A DNA stretch of 64,000 nt from Negativicutes bacterium (GTDB lineage: Bacteria > Bacillota > Negativicutes > UBA1444), in the NCBI GenBank assembly GCA_963665275.2, contig CAXXIN010000001.1, positions 96,001 through 160,000 on the forward strand. The letters are read 5' to 3'. The translations under genes were made by a program, and so were the position numbers. The notes below the pieces were generated by a model. It was not told where the DNA came from. It saw only the letters and a list, made by a program, of their open reading frames with translations, and did not search any database. Positions 1-9,786 of the stretch are shown here, one piece after another (the stretch's first letter is position 1; the number at the start of each line of letters is the position of its first letter).

Positions 1-1415
1 CATTGCCAGTAGGTCATTGCGCATGCCGCGTAAACGACGCAACCGATGGCGCAGACAACGACTCCAACTTTGGGGAAGTCCTCCACCCGCATTCTCCCTG
101 TGCCGTAAATGAGGATGTTGGGCAGTGTATTATAAAACATCAACAACGGATATCCACCGATAATCATCCCTGCCGGTAGTGCGAGAACCATGGGCGGGAT
201 GTTCGCCGTCTGAGCCATCGCGAGCACGATGGGGAGAAAGGCGGTGGCCATGGCCGTAGTACCGACGAACAAAAGATGCATGTATTGGATGATAAACATC
301 AGGACGATCAAGATCACCAGCATCGAAGCGCCAGCCAATCCCAACGCTTTGAAGATGCTTACAGCCAACCATTTGGCGGCGCCGGTTTTCATCAGAATGT
401 CGCCGAGGGAAATTCCGCCGCCGGCAATCAGGATGATTTGCCACGAAATCCCTTTGTTCGCGTCATTCCAGTCGAGCACGCCGAATTTGGGCAGGAAGAA
501 GAGCCCGGATGCGGCGAGGCAGGAAGTTGTCGGGTCGATTTTGGTCCATTTTCCGGTAGCCCACAGAATCACAACCAGAACGAACACGGAGAGTGCGCGC
601 CATTCTTGTGAACTCATTGATCCCATTGAACTCAGCTTATTCTGAATGAACTCAGTGCCGCCGGGAATTTCTTTGTGTTCAGGTTTATAAACCCATTGGA
701 TGAAGCCCCAGGTGATGAAAGTCATGAGGAGGGCTGGCGGAAAACCGTATAGCAACCAATCCGTATAAGAAATCAAAGGGCCGCCGGCTTTTACAATAAA
801 ATCGATTGTAACCGGATTGGGCACCGTGGCAGTCAGGATGCCGGCGCCAATGGTGGCGTTCGTAAAGGCTAGCGTCAATAATAAATTAATGGCGAACTTT
901 GAACGTCCTTCAGTTTTGAACAGTTCAATGATACTGATACATACCGGCAGGAGGATCGCTGTCCGGGCTGTTGATGAAGGAACCAGAAAGGCCAGACAGA
1001 TGTTGGCCATCATGACTCCGAGAGTGATATTGCGGGCGGATCCACCGATCGTCGAAAGGATTTTATACGTAATCCGTTCGGCAAGCTTTGTCTTCACCAT
1101 AGCCGTAGCTAGGAGGAACGCTCCCACGATCAGATATACGGAGGACGATGAAAATCCCTCCAATGCACTCTTCAAATTCACGACACCCATCAGCACCGCA
1201 GCCGGCACAATGAGCAGACTCGTAATGGGCAGCGGCATCGCTTCGGTAAGGTAAAGAACAAATACACCGACAAAAAGGGACAAGGCTTTTTGCCCCACGA
1301 TGGAAAGTCCTGTTTGCTGCGGCATGAACCAGACCGCCAGCATGAGTAGTAGGGCCAGGGGGAGACCGATCTTGTGACGGATTTCATCGACGCGGCTGTT
1401 ACCGGGAGCGCTCAT
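1..1415 (-). CDS. DASS/SLC13-family di/tricarboxylate transporter (3' end runs off the window)
   Basis: Not in the ORF track. ATG at 1415 after AGGAGGAG, open to position 1. Starts MSAPGNSRVDEIRHKIGLPLALLL; many TM segments with LVPSSTARTA, TATVPNP and NTLPNILIYGTG motifs. Confidence 0.85.
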   Translation of the reverse strand, partial: MSAPGNSRVDEIRHKIGLPLALLLMLAVWFMPQQTGLSIVGQKALSLFVGVFVLYLTEAMPLPITSLLIVPAAVLMGVVNLKSALEGFSSSSVYLIVGAFLLATAMVKTKLAERITYKILSTIGGSARNITLGVMMANICLAFLVPSSTARTAILLPVCISIIELFKTEGRSKFAINLLLTLAFTNATIGAGILTATVPNPVTIDFIVKAGGPLISYTDWLLYGFPPALLMTFITWGFIQWVYKPEHKEIPGGTEFIQNKLSSMGSMSSQEWRALSVFVLVVILWATGKWTKIDPTTSCLAASGLFFLPKFGVLDWNDANKGISWQIILIAGGGISLGDILMKTGAAKWLAVSIFKALGLAGASMLVILIVLMFIIQYMHLLFVGTTAMATAFLPIVLAMAQTANIPPMVLALPAGMIIGGYPLLMFYNTLPNILIYGTGRMRVEDFPKVGVVVCAIGCVVYAACAMTYWQ

Positions 1416-1441
1416 TTTTTCTCCTCCTATAATTTAAAAAT

Positions 1442-2383
1442 TTAGGACTTCACGATGTCGCTGCATTTTCCTGCGCGTAGGATCGAACTGTCTGTCTGTC
1501 GTCCTAGGATCTCCTGAATGGTCCGCCCGATGGCCAGTACCGCGTCGAGATCGTATCCGGTCGTCACTTCCATTTCATGGCACATGTGAACGACGTCTTC
1601 CGTGGCGATATTGCCTGATGCGCCCGGCGCGAACGGGCAACCACCCAGCCCGGCGAAACTGGCATCGAAGCGGGTGATTCCGGCCAGCATCCCTGCAACC
1701 ACATTGGACAGGCCCATGCCGCGGGTATTGTGAAAATGCAGGTTCCAGATGACACCCGGGTATTTTGCCAGCACCTGTTTGCCATAGGCATAAACTTGTC
1801 TGGGATTGGCCATGCCGGTAGTGTCGGACAGGGAAAGTTCGCTGACCCCGATTTCCAGGAAGCAGTCGGCAACGGACAACACCTGTTCCAGAGGAACTTT
1901 GCCTTCAAGGGAACAACCGAACGAGGTGGGAATGGCGCCGGACAGCTCCATGCCGTGTGCGGCCGCATAGTCGGCGCATTCCTTGAAGCTGCGGACAACC
2001 TCTTCCGGTGTCCGGTTGCTGTTAGCCTGTGAGTGGGCCCTGCTGGCAGAGGCTGTGAGCTTTGCTTTCGTGACGCCTGAGGCTTCAGCCCGTTCCAACC
2101 CTTTGAGGTTCATGACCAGCGCCCGGTATTCGACGCCCGGCAGTCGCTGGATGCGCCTGGCCACTTCATCGGTGTCCGCCATCTGGGGTACGGCCTTTGG
2201 GTGGACGAAGGAGCCGATTTCGATGATCTTCGCGCCAGCCTGTGCGGCTCGTTCGATCAGTTCGACTTTTTGTTCGGTGGAAAACATCGTCTTTTCATTC
2301 TGCAGACCGTCCCGCGGGCCCACCTCGCTGATGGTAACTTCCGAAGGCCAGGATCCAGTAACCGTTTCAAATGTGTTCATCAT
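1442..2383 (-). CDS. Hydroxymethylglutaryl-CoA lyase family (HMG-CoA or citramalyl-CoA lyase)
   Basis: EVGPRDGLQNE, HFHNTRG and GLGGCPFAPGASGNIATED motifs. Confidence 0.92.
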   Translation of the reverse strand: MMNTFETVTGSWPSEVTISEVGPRDGLQNEKTMFSTEQKVELIERAAQAGAKIIEIGSFVHPKAVPQMADTDEVARRIQRLPGVEYRALVMNLKGLERAEASGVTKAKLTASASRAHSQANSNRTPEEVVRSFKECADYAAAHGMELSGAIPTSFGCSLEGKVPLEQVLSVADCFLEIGVSELSLSDTTGMANPRQVYAYGKQVLAKYPGVIWNLHFHNTRGMGLSNVVAGMLAGITRFDASFAGLGGCPFAPGASGNIATEDVVHMCHEMEVTTGYDLDAVLAIGRTIQEILGRQTDSSILRAGKCSDIVKS

Positions 2384-3570
2384 ATAACACCCTCCGTCTT
2401 CAGCGCCTCGATTTCCGACACCGCCAGGCCGAGGAGACCCTGGTACACTTCCAGATTATGAGCGCCGAGATCAGGACCCGCCCATTTGATTTCTCCGGGG
2501 GTTTCGCTGAATTTCGGCACGATTCCCGGCATTTTGATCGTTCCCATCCGGTTGTACGGAACTTCCACGATGTTTTCCCGCGACGCATAATGGGGGTCTT
2601 CATAAATGTCGGCGATGCTGTAGACCAGATTTACCGGCACGCCTGCGTCGTCCACGATTTTTTTCAATTCAACATAGTTTAGGGAAGCAACCCAGTCGCT
2701 GACGATGGTGTTCATCGCCGCATCATTGCAAACCCGGTTTTTCATCGAGCAGAATAGGGGATCTGTGAGGAGGTCGGGCCGATTCATTGCCCGGGTCAGA
2801 TATTCGTAAGTTCTGTCCGTGCTGCAGACCAGCACGACCCATTTTCCGTCTTTCGTCTGATAGGTGCCGCCAGGGCTGGACGTTCCACTGAGTTTGGGCG
2901 TTCGTTCTTTGATGACTCCGTTTTTGTGATAGTCGGCGACCGGGATTTCCATCATGCGGAAGATGCTCTCATACAAACTGACATCGATTTCCTGAGGTAC
3001 TCCGGCGAGACAGTCCCTGTGGTACAGAGCCATCATGGTTGACATGGCGGCGTACAGTCCGCTGATATAGTCGGCGAGGGAGAATGACGGACTCACGGGC
3101 GGACGGTCCTTGTATCCGGTGATATAGGTCATGCCGGAAAAAGCGGTGGCAGGAGTGCCGAAGCCGGCGGTAAGCGCGTTGGGGCCAGTCTGGCCGTACC
3201 CCGTGACTCGCGTCATGATGATTCGTGGGTTGGCTTTTTTCATCGTTTCGTAATCCAGTCCCCATTTGTCCAGCGTACCGGTCCGGAAGTTTTCGATCAC
3301 AACATCGCACTGTTTAATAAGTTCCAGGCACAATTCCTTACCCTTTTCCTTGCGCAGATCCAATGTTATGCATCTTTTGTTTCGGCCCATGGCAGCCCAT
3401 CTTACAGATTCTCCGTTGTGATAGGGGCCCAATGCACGGAATGGGTCACCACCCACGGGTTGTTCGACTTTGATGACATCCGCGCCAAAATCGGCCATGA
3501 GGCCAGCTGCGAATGGGGCTGCAATAACAGTGGACAGATCGAGTACCCTGACACCTGCCAATAGAGACAA
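2380..3570 (-). CDS. Family III (CaiB/BaiF) CoA-transferase
   Basis: GVRVLDLS..IAAPF..LMADFGADVIKVE; catalytic Asp in SLADY. Likely TTG start at 3570 after AAGGAG. Confidence 0.92.
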   Translation of the reverse strand: MSLLAGVRVLDLSTVIAAPFAAGLMADFGADVIKVEQPVGGDPFRALGPYHNGESVRWAAMGRNKRCITLDLRKEKGKELCLELIKQCDVVIENFRTGTLDKWGLDYETMKKANPRIIMTRVTGYGQTGPNALTAGFGTPATAFSGMTYITGYKDRPPVSPSFSLADYISGLYAAMSTMMALYHRDCLAGVPQEIDVSLYESIFRMMEIPVADYHKNGVIKERTPKLSGTSSPGGTYQTKDGKWVVLVCSTDRTYEYLTRAMNRPDLLTDPLFCSMKNRVCNDAAMNTIVSDWVASLNYVELKKIVDDAGVPVNLVYSIADIYEDPHYASRENIVEVPYNRMGTIKMPGIVPKFSETPGEIKWAGPDLGAHNLEVYQGLLGLAVSEIEALKTEGVI

Positions 3571-3763
3571 ATCCTTCACTCCTTTTTCATTGGGTAAAAA
3601 TCAATTTCGTTTAATAAAAAAATATCATATTGAGGTTGCAAATGCAAGATGTTTTTTGAATTATTCCAACTACTTTCTTTTCTGCCGTAGAAAGGAGTAT
3701 GAATCGCCAAGCCCGAATATTATAACCTGGCAATTGCTGTTCAAAACTGGAGGACGATTTTCC

Positions 3764-4516
3764 ATGAAAATGATCGACGACACCGCCACGAATTCGGCCG
3801 GACTACGCACACTCGAACGGGGGCTGGATATTCTGGATATATTCAGTCACGGCGCCACCAAACTAACCCTGACCGAAATCGCGGCCAAAATAAATTTATC
3901 ACCCAGCACAGCTTCACGGCTTTTGCATACTCTTTTGAACCGAGGCTATCTCTCCCGTGATGCGGAGACCAAAAAATATGTCATCGGCTCTCAGGCCTTG
4001 CGACTGAACGCATCTTCCTTCCGAACCTTTGATCTGCGCCCGCTGGCGGAGCCGATTATGCGTAGGCTGGCTGAACGATATAACGAAAGCATCACTCTGT
4101 ATGTCGCGTTGGATGGGCAGCGCGTATGCATTGACCGAGTCGAAACCACTCACGCCCTGCGTCATGTCGTCAATATCGGAGATCGACTCCCACTGGTCCG
4201 TGGCGCCGGCGGCAAGGTTCTGTTGGCTTGGGTGTCGGCAGAAGAGAGAAAAATGGTGGATTCTTTTGCCGAAAAAGTTTCTGCCGCTGAATTGGCCCAG
4301 ATCAGAAAACAAGGCTTCGCCATCAGCCTGGGGGAACGGGATCAGGGCGTCGGCGCCATTGCCGCGCCTGTTTTTGATGCCGAAGGCCGCATCCAGTGTT
4401 CCCTGTCGTTGTCAGCACCTTTGGTGCGCCTGGATCGGGAAGGGTTTGAAAAGATCGCGCCAGATATTGTAGAAGCAGCCTTTCAAATTTCGGCCGGCTT
4501 GGGATATGTGAAATGA
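3764..4516 (+). CDS. IclR-family transcriptional regulator
   Basis: RTLERGLDIL HTH and GAIAAPVFD IclR signature. ATG at 3764 after GGAGG; divergent from the CoA-transferase operon. Confidence 0.92.
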   Translation: MKMIDDTATNSAGLRTLERGLDILDIFSHGATKLTLTEIAAKINLSPSTASRLLHTLLNRGYLSRDAETKKYVIGSQALRLNASSFRTFDLRPLAEPIMRRLAERYNESITLYVALDGQRVCIDRVETTHALRHVVNIGDRLPLVRGAGGKVLLAWVSAEERKMVDSFAEKVSAAELAQIRKQGFAISLGERDQGVGAIAAPVFDAEGRIQCSLSLSAPLVRLDREGFEKIAPDIVEAAFQISAGLGYVK

Positions 4517-4542
4517 TTGCTGCGGCTCATTTTTTCCATCGC

Positions 4543-4708
4543 ACAGCCTGTAAGACCCTGCCTCCTAGGTCGGGGATAAACAGGCTGTAGCTCGAATCCC
4601 TAAAGGAAAACTTCGGCTTCGCGAAATCAGAGATTTCGAGCCTCAGTCTTAAATTCGACTAAGATTCAGGTGGCGTTATAACACCATCTGAATCAAGTCT
4701 ACATTTAT
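4543..4708. mobile_element. Short non-coding multi-hairpin element, resembling bcr1-like or IS200/IS605-derived non-autonomous repeats
   Basis: Stems ACAGCCTGT/ACAGGCTGT, CGAAATC/GATTTCG and GATTCAGGTGG/CCATCTGAATC; ends AAGTCTACATTTAT. Family similarity is recalled, not searched. Confidence 0.5.
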
Positions 4709-4766
4709 TGTAGAAAAGTTTGCGGCTGTGATAAAATATAAAGATAATCACAAGGAGGCTGCCAAT

Positions 4767-6233
4767 TTGCGCACGTATCGCGCTACTCAAATGCCACTGC
4801 TGGCAGCCATGCAGGGATATCTGGCGGAGCAGGTGCTGCCGTTTCATACTCCGGGGCACAAAGCCGGTAAAGGTGCGCACGAAAGCCTCCAGCAATATTT
4901 GGGGCCTGACGCTTTAGCGATGGATCTCGCCGTTGTGCCAGGCTTGAATGATCTATTTGACAAACAGGGACCAATCCGCGAATCGCAACAACTCACCGCT
5001 TCCCTTTATGGCGCGGATGAAAGCTATTTTTTGATCAATGGAACTACCGGCGGCATTTACGCCATGATTCTGGCGACTGTCGGACCGGGGGAGAAAATCA
5101 TTGTTCCCCGCAATATCCATCGATCCGTGATGGGAGCCTTGATTCTTGCGGGGGCTGTTCCTGTCTTTGTCCGACCTGAAGTGGATGACGCCTTGCAAAT
5201 TGCGATGAACGTTCCACTTGAATCTTACGAATTGGCGATCCGCCAAAACCCCGACGCGAAAGCGTTACTGGTGATCAACCCCACGTATTATGGAGTAACG
5301 GCTGATATCGCCGCTATCACGGCTTTATCGCATCAATACGGGCTGAGCGTGCTGGTGGATGAAGCCCACGGCCCGCACTTCCACTTTTCACAGCAACTGC
5401 CGGTCCAGGGTATCACCGCAGGCGCCGACCTCGTTGTGCAGAGCACTCATAAAATTTTGGGCGCGTTGTCGCAGGCATCTCTCTTGCACTGCCGACAGGG
5501 TAGGATCAATGTCCCCCGGCTGGAAACAATGCTGCAGCTGGTGCAGTCGAGCAGCCCCAACTATATTCTTCTGGCGTCACTCGAAGCGGCGGTCACTCAG
5601 ATGCGTGAATCCGGCGAGTTGCTGGTGGGTCGATCGCTGGCGCTCTCACATACGGCGCGCAGTTGCATCAACGAGATCCCCGGCCTGTATTGTTTTGGGG
5701 CCGAGAAGCTCGGCGGGCCTGGCGTCTTCGGTCTCGATGCGACAAAGCTGGTTGTGAATGTGAGGGGTCTCGGGATTCATGGCAATGATGCCGAAATCTG
5801 GCTCAGGCGTTTCGGCAAAGTTCAGGCTGAACTTTCGGATATGAATAATCTATTGTTTCTGGTCACGCTGGCCGATGACGAAGCGTCTATGAAACAACTT
5901 CTGCAGGCGCTCACGGCTCTGTCGGCAGAATATGCAGACGGGATGGAAAAAACCGCGGAGCCATTGGCAACGTTGCCTGACGCCGCGACTGCGCTTTTCC
6001 TGTCGCCCCGCGAAGCGGTATTCAGCAAACAGGAACGGGTGAGTTTTTCCGATTCTGCTGGCCGCATCTGCGCCGAAACCATTACCAGTTATCCGCCGGG
6101 AATCCCGATCCTGTTTCCTGGCGAACAGATTACTCCGGCAGCGATCACCTATTGTCAGGCGCTGCAACGACAAGGGTTTACTATTCTCGGGCCCGAAGAC
6201 CCGGCGTTGAATACCGTGGAAGTGGTGGCATAA
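4767..6233 (+). CDS. PLP-dependent arginine/lysine/ornithine decarboxylase (YaaO/SpeA-like)
   Basis: FHTPGHK, DEAHG, QSTHK (PLP lysine) and YPPGIP motifs. TTG at 4767 after AAGGAGG; directly upstream of tmk. Confidence 0.9.
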   Translation: MRTYRATQMPLLAAMQGYLAEQVLPFHTPGHKAGKGAHESLQQYLGPDALAMDLAVVPGLNDLFDKQGPIRESQQLTASLYGADESYFLINGTTGGIYAMILATVGPGEKIIVPRNIHRSVMGALILAGAVPVFVRPEVDDALQIAMNVPLESYELAIRQNPDAKALLVINPTYYGVTADIAAITALSHQYGLSVLVDEAHGPHFHFSQQLPVQGITAGADLVVQSTHKILGALSQASLLHCRQGRINVPRLETMLQLVQSSSPNYILLASLEAAVTQMRESGELLVGRSLALSHTARSCINEIPGLYCFGAEKLGGPGVFGLDATKLVVNVRGLGIHGNDAEIWLRRFGKVQAELSDMNNLLFLVTLADDEASMKQLLQALTALSAEYADGMEKTAEPLATLPDAATALFLSPREAVFSKQERVSFSDSAGRICAETITSYPPGIPILFPGEQITPAAITYCQALQRQGFTILGPEDPALNTVEVVA

Positions 6234-6887
6234 TTGAGAGGAATCTTTATCACGCTGGAAGGTCCCGATGGGTCAGGAAAAACAACTCAGATCAATCTGC
6301 TGCGGGCGCTATTTGAACGGGAGGGTTTTGCGGTGGTGCAGACCCGCGAACCGGGCGGGACTCCGATTGCCGACCGGATTCGGGCACTGATTCTCGATCC
6401 GTCGCACGGCGAGATGACGGCGCGGACGGAAGCGCTCTTATATATGGCGGCGCGGGCGCAGCACACGGCAGAACTCATCAGGCCAGAGCTGGAACGGGGC
6501 GCAGTGGTGATTTCTGATCGTTATGCCGACTCAACACTGGTCTATCAAGGGGTTGCCCGAGGGCTGCCGGTAGATGACCTCCTTTGGCTGAACCGTTTTG
6601 CCACTGAGGAATTGGGCCCGGATCTCACACTGTTACTCACTGGGAATACCGACCGGCTGGTGCAGCGATTAGCCAACCGTGGACAACAAGACCGGCTGGA
6701 TAGTGAGGGACTGCAGTTCCACAGGAAAGTGCGCGAAGGCTTTCTGGCGCTGGCGGCGCAAAATTCGCAGAGATTTCGCGTGATTGACGCTGACCGGTCG
6801 ATTGAAGCGGTTCAGGCTGATATTGAAGTCCACGTGATGGAGTATCTGCAGAAAAGAGGGCGGCAGCATGGCAATGCGAATCGATAA
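6234..6887 (+). CDS. tmk: Thymidylate kinase
   Basis: EGPDGSGKTT P-loop, TREPGG, SDRY. Confidence 0.97.
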   Translation: MRGIFITLEGPDGSGKTTQINLLRALFEREGFAVVQTREPGGTPIADRIRALILDPSHGEMTARTEALLYMAARAQHTAELIRPELERGAVVISDRYADSTLVYQGVARGLPVDDLLWLNRFATEELGPDLTLLLTGNTDRLVQRLANRGQQDRLDSEGLQFHRKVREGFLALAAQNSQRFRVIDADRSIEAVQADIEVHVMEYLQKRGRQHGNANR

Positions 6888-7320
6888 GAGTCAGAGCCGG
6901 ACTCCGGCGACGGCGCCTGAAACAGAGAATCGCCAACGGGTTGAATCGTCGCAGCATGGATTTTCCGTTGACTTGTCGAAAGAGTCGGATCAACAGGTGC
7001 GCCAGCATCTGGAAGAATTGCTGGGCAAAATTCAGCAGCAGGGGAAACGACTGGGAGAAACGCCGACGTTCAGTGAATTGAAGTCTTATCGCGAACTGGT
7101 GAAAAAATTCATGTCCGAAGCGGTTGGAAAAATGTATGATGTTGAATCCGGGGCTGGCTGGGATCGGCGGGGACGCCAGAAAGCCTATACGCTGGTCAAA
7201 ACCGTTGACGCGACGCTGGAATCGCTGACGGAAGATGTCCGTCATGGGCAGGAGCGACAGCTCACCATCCTCGCAAAGATGGATTCCATCCGGGGAATGT
7301 TGGTGGATATGTATACATGA
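6868..7320 (+). CDS. yaaR: YaaR/DUF327 family protein
   Basis: YRELVKKFM and IRGMLVDMY motifs; conserved position between tmk and holB. Confidence 0.85.
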   Translation: MAMRIDKSQSRTPATAPETENRQRVESSQHGFSVDLSKESDQQVRQHLEELLGKIQQQGKRLGETPTFSELKSYRELVKKFMSEAVGKMYDVESGAGWDRRGRQKAYTLVKTVDATLESLTEDVRHGQERQLTILAKMDSIRGMLVDMYT

Positions 7321-8237
7321 GTAATGCAAAGCGCCCTGCCGTGTGGGAAGAAATACTCGGCCATCCGGCGGCTGTTAAGCGGCTTCGCCGAATGCTCCAA
7401 ACTGACCGACTGCCCCATGCCCTGCTTTTTGCCGGACCGTCCGGAATTGGAAAACGTATCGTGGCTGATATCTTTGCTGCCGAGATATTGAAAACAGAAC
7501 CCTCGTTGCTGGAAGCCCATCCGGATTTTTTTTCGGTAACACCTGACGGTGCGCAGATCAAGATCGGGCAAATCCGTGAAATCCAGCGACTGGTGGGATT
7601 GGCTCCGGTCAGGGGCGCGAATCGCATCTGCATTATTGAACCGGCAGACTGTATGGAGCCGCCGGCAGCCAACAGCTTGCTGAAAATTCTGGAGGAACCG
7701 CCGGAGGGTCTGGTTTTTATCCTGATTACGGCCTTTCCCCACGCTCTGCTTTCCACGCTGCGTTCGCGTTCAGCCATGGTCCGGTTCATCCAGCCTGCCC
7801 AAGGGATATTGGTGAGGGAGGAACTGGAGACGGAAGCGGCTGATCAGGATCTGGCCATCGAATTCCTGCGAAATGTCGAACGCCCTGACCTGGAGTGGCT
7901 TTGGCCCACCTTGGCCGGCATGGATGAGATGGAAAATAGCCGGATTCTTGGTATAATCAAACAATGGATTCGGGTGTTGCGGGATGTAGGGGTGCTATTG
8001 ACTGGTTGTACCGCCGTGGAAGCCTTTAACGAGGAACGACGGGAGGAGCTGCGGTCATTGACCGGGAACTGGAACATGCCCGGTATCATAGCTGCCATCC
8101 GGCTCGCGGAAGATACCCGGAGATACTTGCAAAGAAACGCCAATGCACGGCTGATGTTGGAGGCCCTGCTGATTCGGTCAGCAGATTTATATAGAGGAGG
8201 AAATATTGATGCAAACCATCGTGGGAGTTCGGTTTAA
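7317..8237 (+). CDS. holB: DNA polymerase III delta' subunit
   Basis: HALLFAGPSGIGK, HPDF, AANSLLKILEEPP, TLRSR. Confidence 0.93.
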   Translation: MSNAKRPAVWEEILGHPAAVKRLRRMLQTDRLPHALLFAGPSGIGKRIVADIFAAEILKTEPSLLEAHPDFFSVTPDGAQIKIGQIREIQRLVGLAPVRGANRICIIEPADCMEPPAANSLLKILEEPPEGLVFILITAFPHALLSTLRSRSAMVRFIQPAQGILVREELETEAADQDLAIEFLRNVERPDLEWLWPTLAGMDEMENSRILGIIKQWIRVLRDVGVLLTGCTAVEAFNEERREELRSLTGNWNMPGIIAAIRLAEDTRRYLQRNANARLMLEALLIRSADLYRGGNIDANHRGSSV

Positions 8238-9036
8238 GAAAGCCGGCAAGATATACTATTTTGATCCGGGTACCCTGGGCCTTCAAAAAGAGGACCCGGT
8301 GATTGTTGAAACGGCCAGAGGGCTCGAGTATGGCAATGTAGTCATTGCACAGCGCCAGATGGAGGATGCGGACGTTGTGACGCCGCTGAAACCCGTACTG
8401 CGCAAGGCAACCGAGAAGGACACCGCCAAAGTGGCTGAAAACGAAGCCAAAGAGGCGGAAGCGCTGCGCATCTGCGCCCAAAAAATCACGGCGCATAAAC
8501 TGGACATGAACCTGGTCAGCGTTGAATACACGTTCGATGTGTCCAAAATCATTTTTTATTTTACGGCTGAAGGACGCGTCGATTTTCGCGATCTGGTGAA
8601 GGATTTGGCCGGTATTTTCCGGACCCGCATCGAATTGCGACAGATCGGAGTTCGCGATGAAGCCAAAATGCTCGGTGGTATCGGTTGCTGCGGGCGCAGT
8701 CTCTGCTGCTCGACTTTTCTCGGTGATTTCGAGCCGGTTTCGATCCGCATGGCCAAGGAACAAAACCTGTCGCTGAACCCTGCGAAAATATCAGGAATCT
8801 GCGGACGCCTGATGTGTTGTCTGAAATATGAAAGCAACCTTTATGCGGGGGGGTCTGGCTGCCGCAAACAAGCTGCGCCCAAACCGGGCGCCCGCGTCAT
8901 TGCCCCCGATGGGGAAGGCAATGTCGTAGCCGTTGATGCCAGCCACAAAACCGTTTCTGTGAAACATAACGACGGCAGAGTTTCCAAGCTCCCGCTGAGT
9001 GAAGTGGCGGAAAAAGACGATGCCGGCACTCCCTGA
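8209..9036 (+). CDS. ricT: PSP1-domain protein YaaT/RicT
   Basis: GVRFKKAGKIYYF, RVDFRDLVK, GCCGR.LCC, SGICGRLMCCL. Confidence 0.93.
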   Translation: MQTIVGVRFKKAGKIYYFDPGTLGLQKEDPVIVETARGLEYGNVVIAQRQMEDADVVTPLKPVLRKATEKDTAKVAENEAKEAEALRICAQKITAHKLDMNLVSVEYTFDVSKIIFYFTAEGRVDFRDLVKDLAGIFRTRIELRQIGVRDEAKMLGGIGCCGRSLCCSTFLGDFEPVSIRMAKEQNLSLNPAKISGICGRLMCCLKYESNLYAGGSGCRKQAAPKPGARVIAPDGEGNVVAVDASHKTVSVKHNDGRVSKLPLSEVAEKDDAGTP

Positions 9037-9760
9037 GCTTCAGCCAGGAGAACGTCTTGACGAAGTCGGGATCCGGGGGTGGCGTATCCTCCAACGAACC
9101 GATGAATTTCGGTTTTCGATCGATGCCGTGTTGCTCGCGCACTTTGCTACGGTGCGCAAGGCTGCGAAAGCAGCGGATTTGGGAGCAGGCACCGGCGCCG
9201 TGGGAATGTTTCTGTTGTCGCGCGGGGCGGCTTCCGTATCCGGTCTGGAGCTGAATCCCCGTCTGGCGAACTTGGCGGGAAGGACGGCGGTACTGAATGG
9301 AATAGCCGACAGGATGGAAATCCGCTGCGGCGATGTCACCCAAGTAGGCGCTTATTATGCTGCCGGCGCCTTTGACCTGGTGGCCGCTAATCCTCCATAC
9401 CGCGTGCCTTCTGCAGGCAGGATCAGCCCGTTGACAGGCGTGGCGATGGCGCGTCACGAAACCGCGGCCGGGCTGCGCGATTTCGTGCAAGCCGCCGCAT
9501 TCCTGCTGCGGAACCGCGGTCGTTTGGCCATGATCCATCTGCCGGAACGACTGACCGATCTATGCATTGAAATGCGGAACGCTGGGTTGGAGCCCAAACG
9601 GCTGCGTTTCGTTCACCCCTTTAGTAACAGTATTCCCCGGATGGTGTTGATCGAGTCTGTGAAGGGAGCTGCTCCCGCCGGGCTGACGGTACTGCCGCCG
9701 TTGGTGATATATCAGGCGCGCCAGGTATACCACCCGGAAGTCCTGGCCTATTATCAGTAA
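9020..9760 (+). CDS. tRNA1(Val) (adenine37-N6)-methyltransferase-like (YabB)
   Basis: FSIDAVLLAHF, DLGAGTG, NPPY, ARHE; synteny. Confidence 0.88.
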   Translation: MPALPELQPGERLDEVGIRGWRILQRTDEFRFSIDAVLLAHFATVRKAAKAADLGAGTGAVGMFLLSRGAASVSGLELNPRLANLAGRTAVLNGIADRMEIRCGDVTQVGAYYAAGAFDLVAANPPYRVPSAGRISPLTGVAMARHETAAGLRDFVQAAAFLLRNRGRLAMIHLPERLTDLCIEMRNAGLEPKRLRFVHPFSNSIPRMVLIESVKGAAPAGLTVLPPLVIYQARQVYHPEVLAYYQ

Positions 9761-9786
9761 TTAGCGCAAAGAAGAGGGGAACTCTA

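Noticed and set aside
130-1387. Several short ORFs listed in the track at the window start
   Set aside because: All overlap the real minus-strand DASS transporter (1415 to <1), which the track missed because it has no stop in the window.
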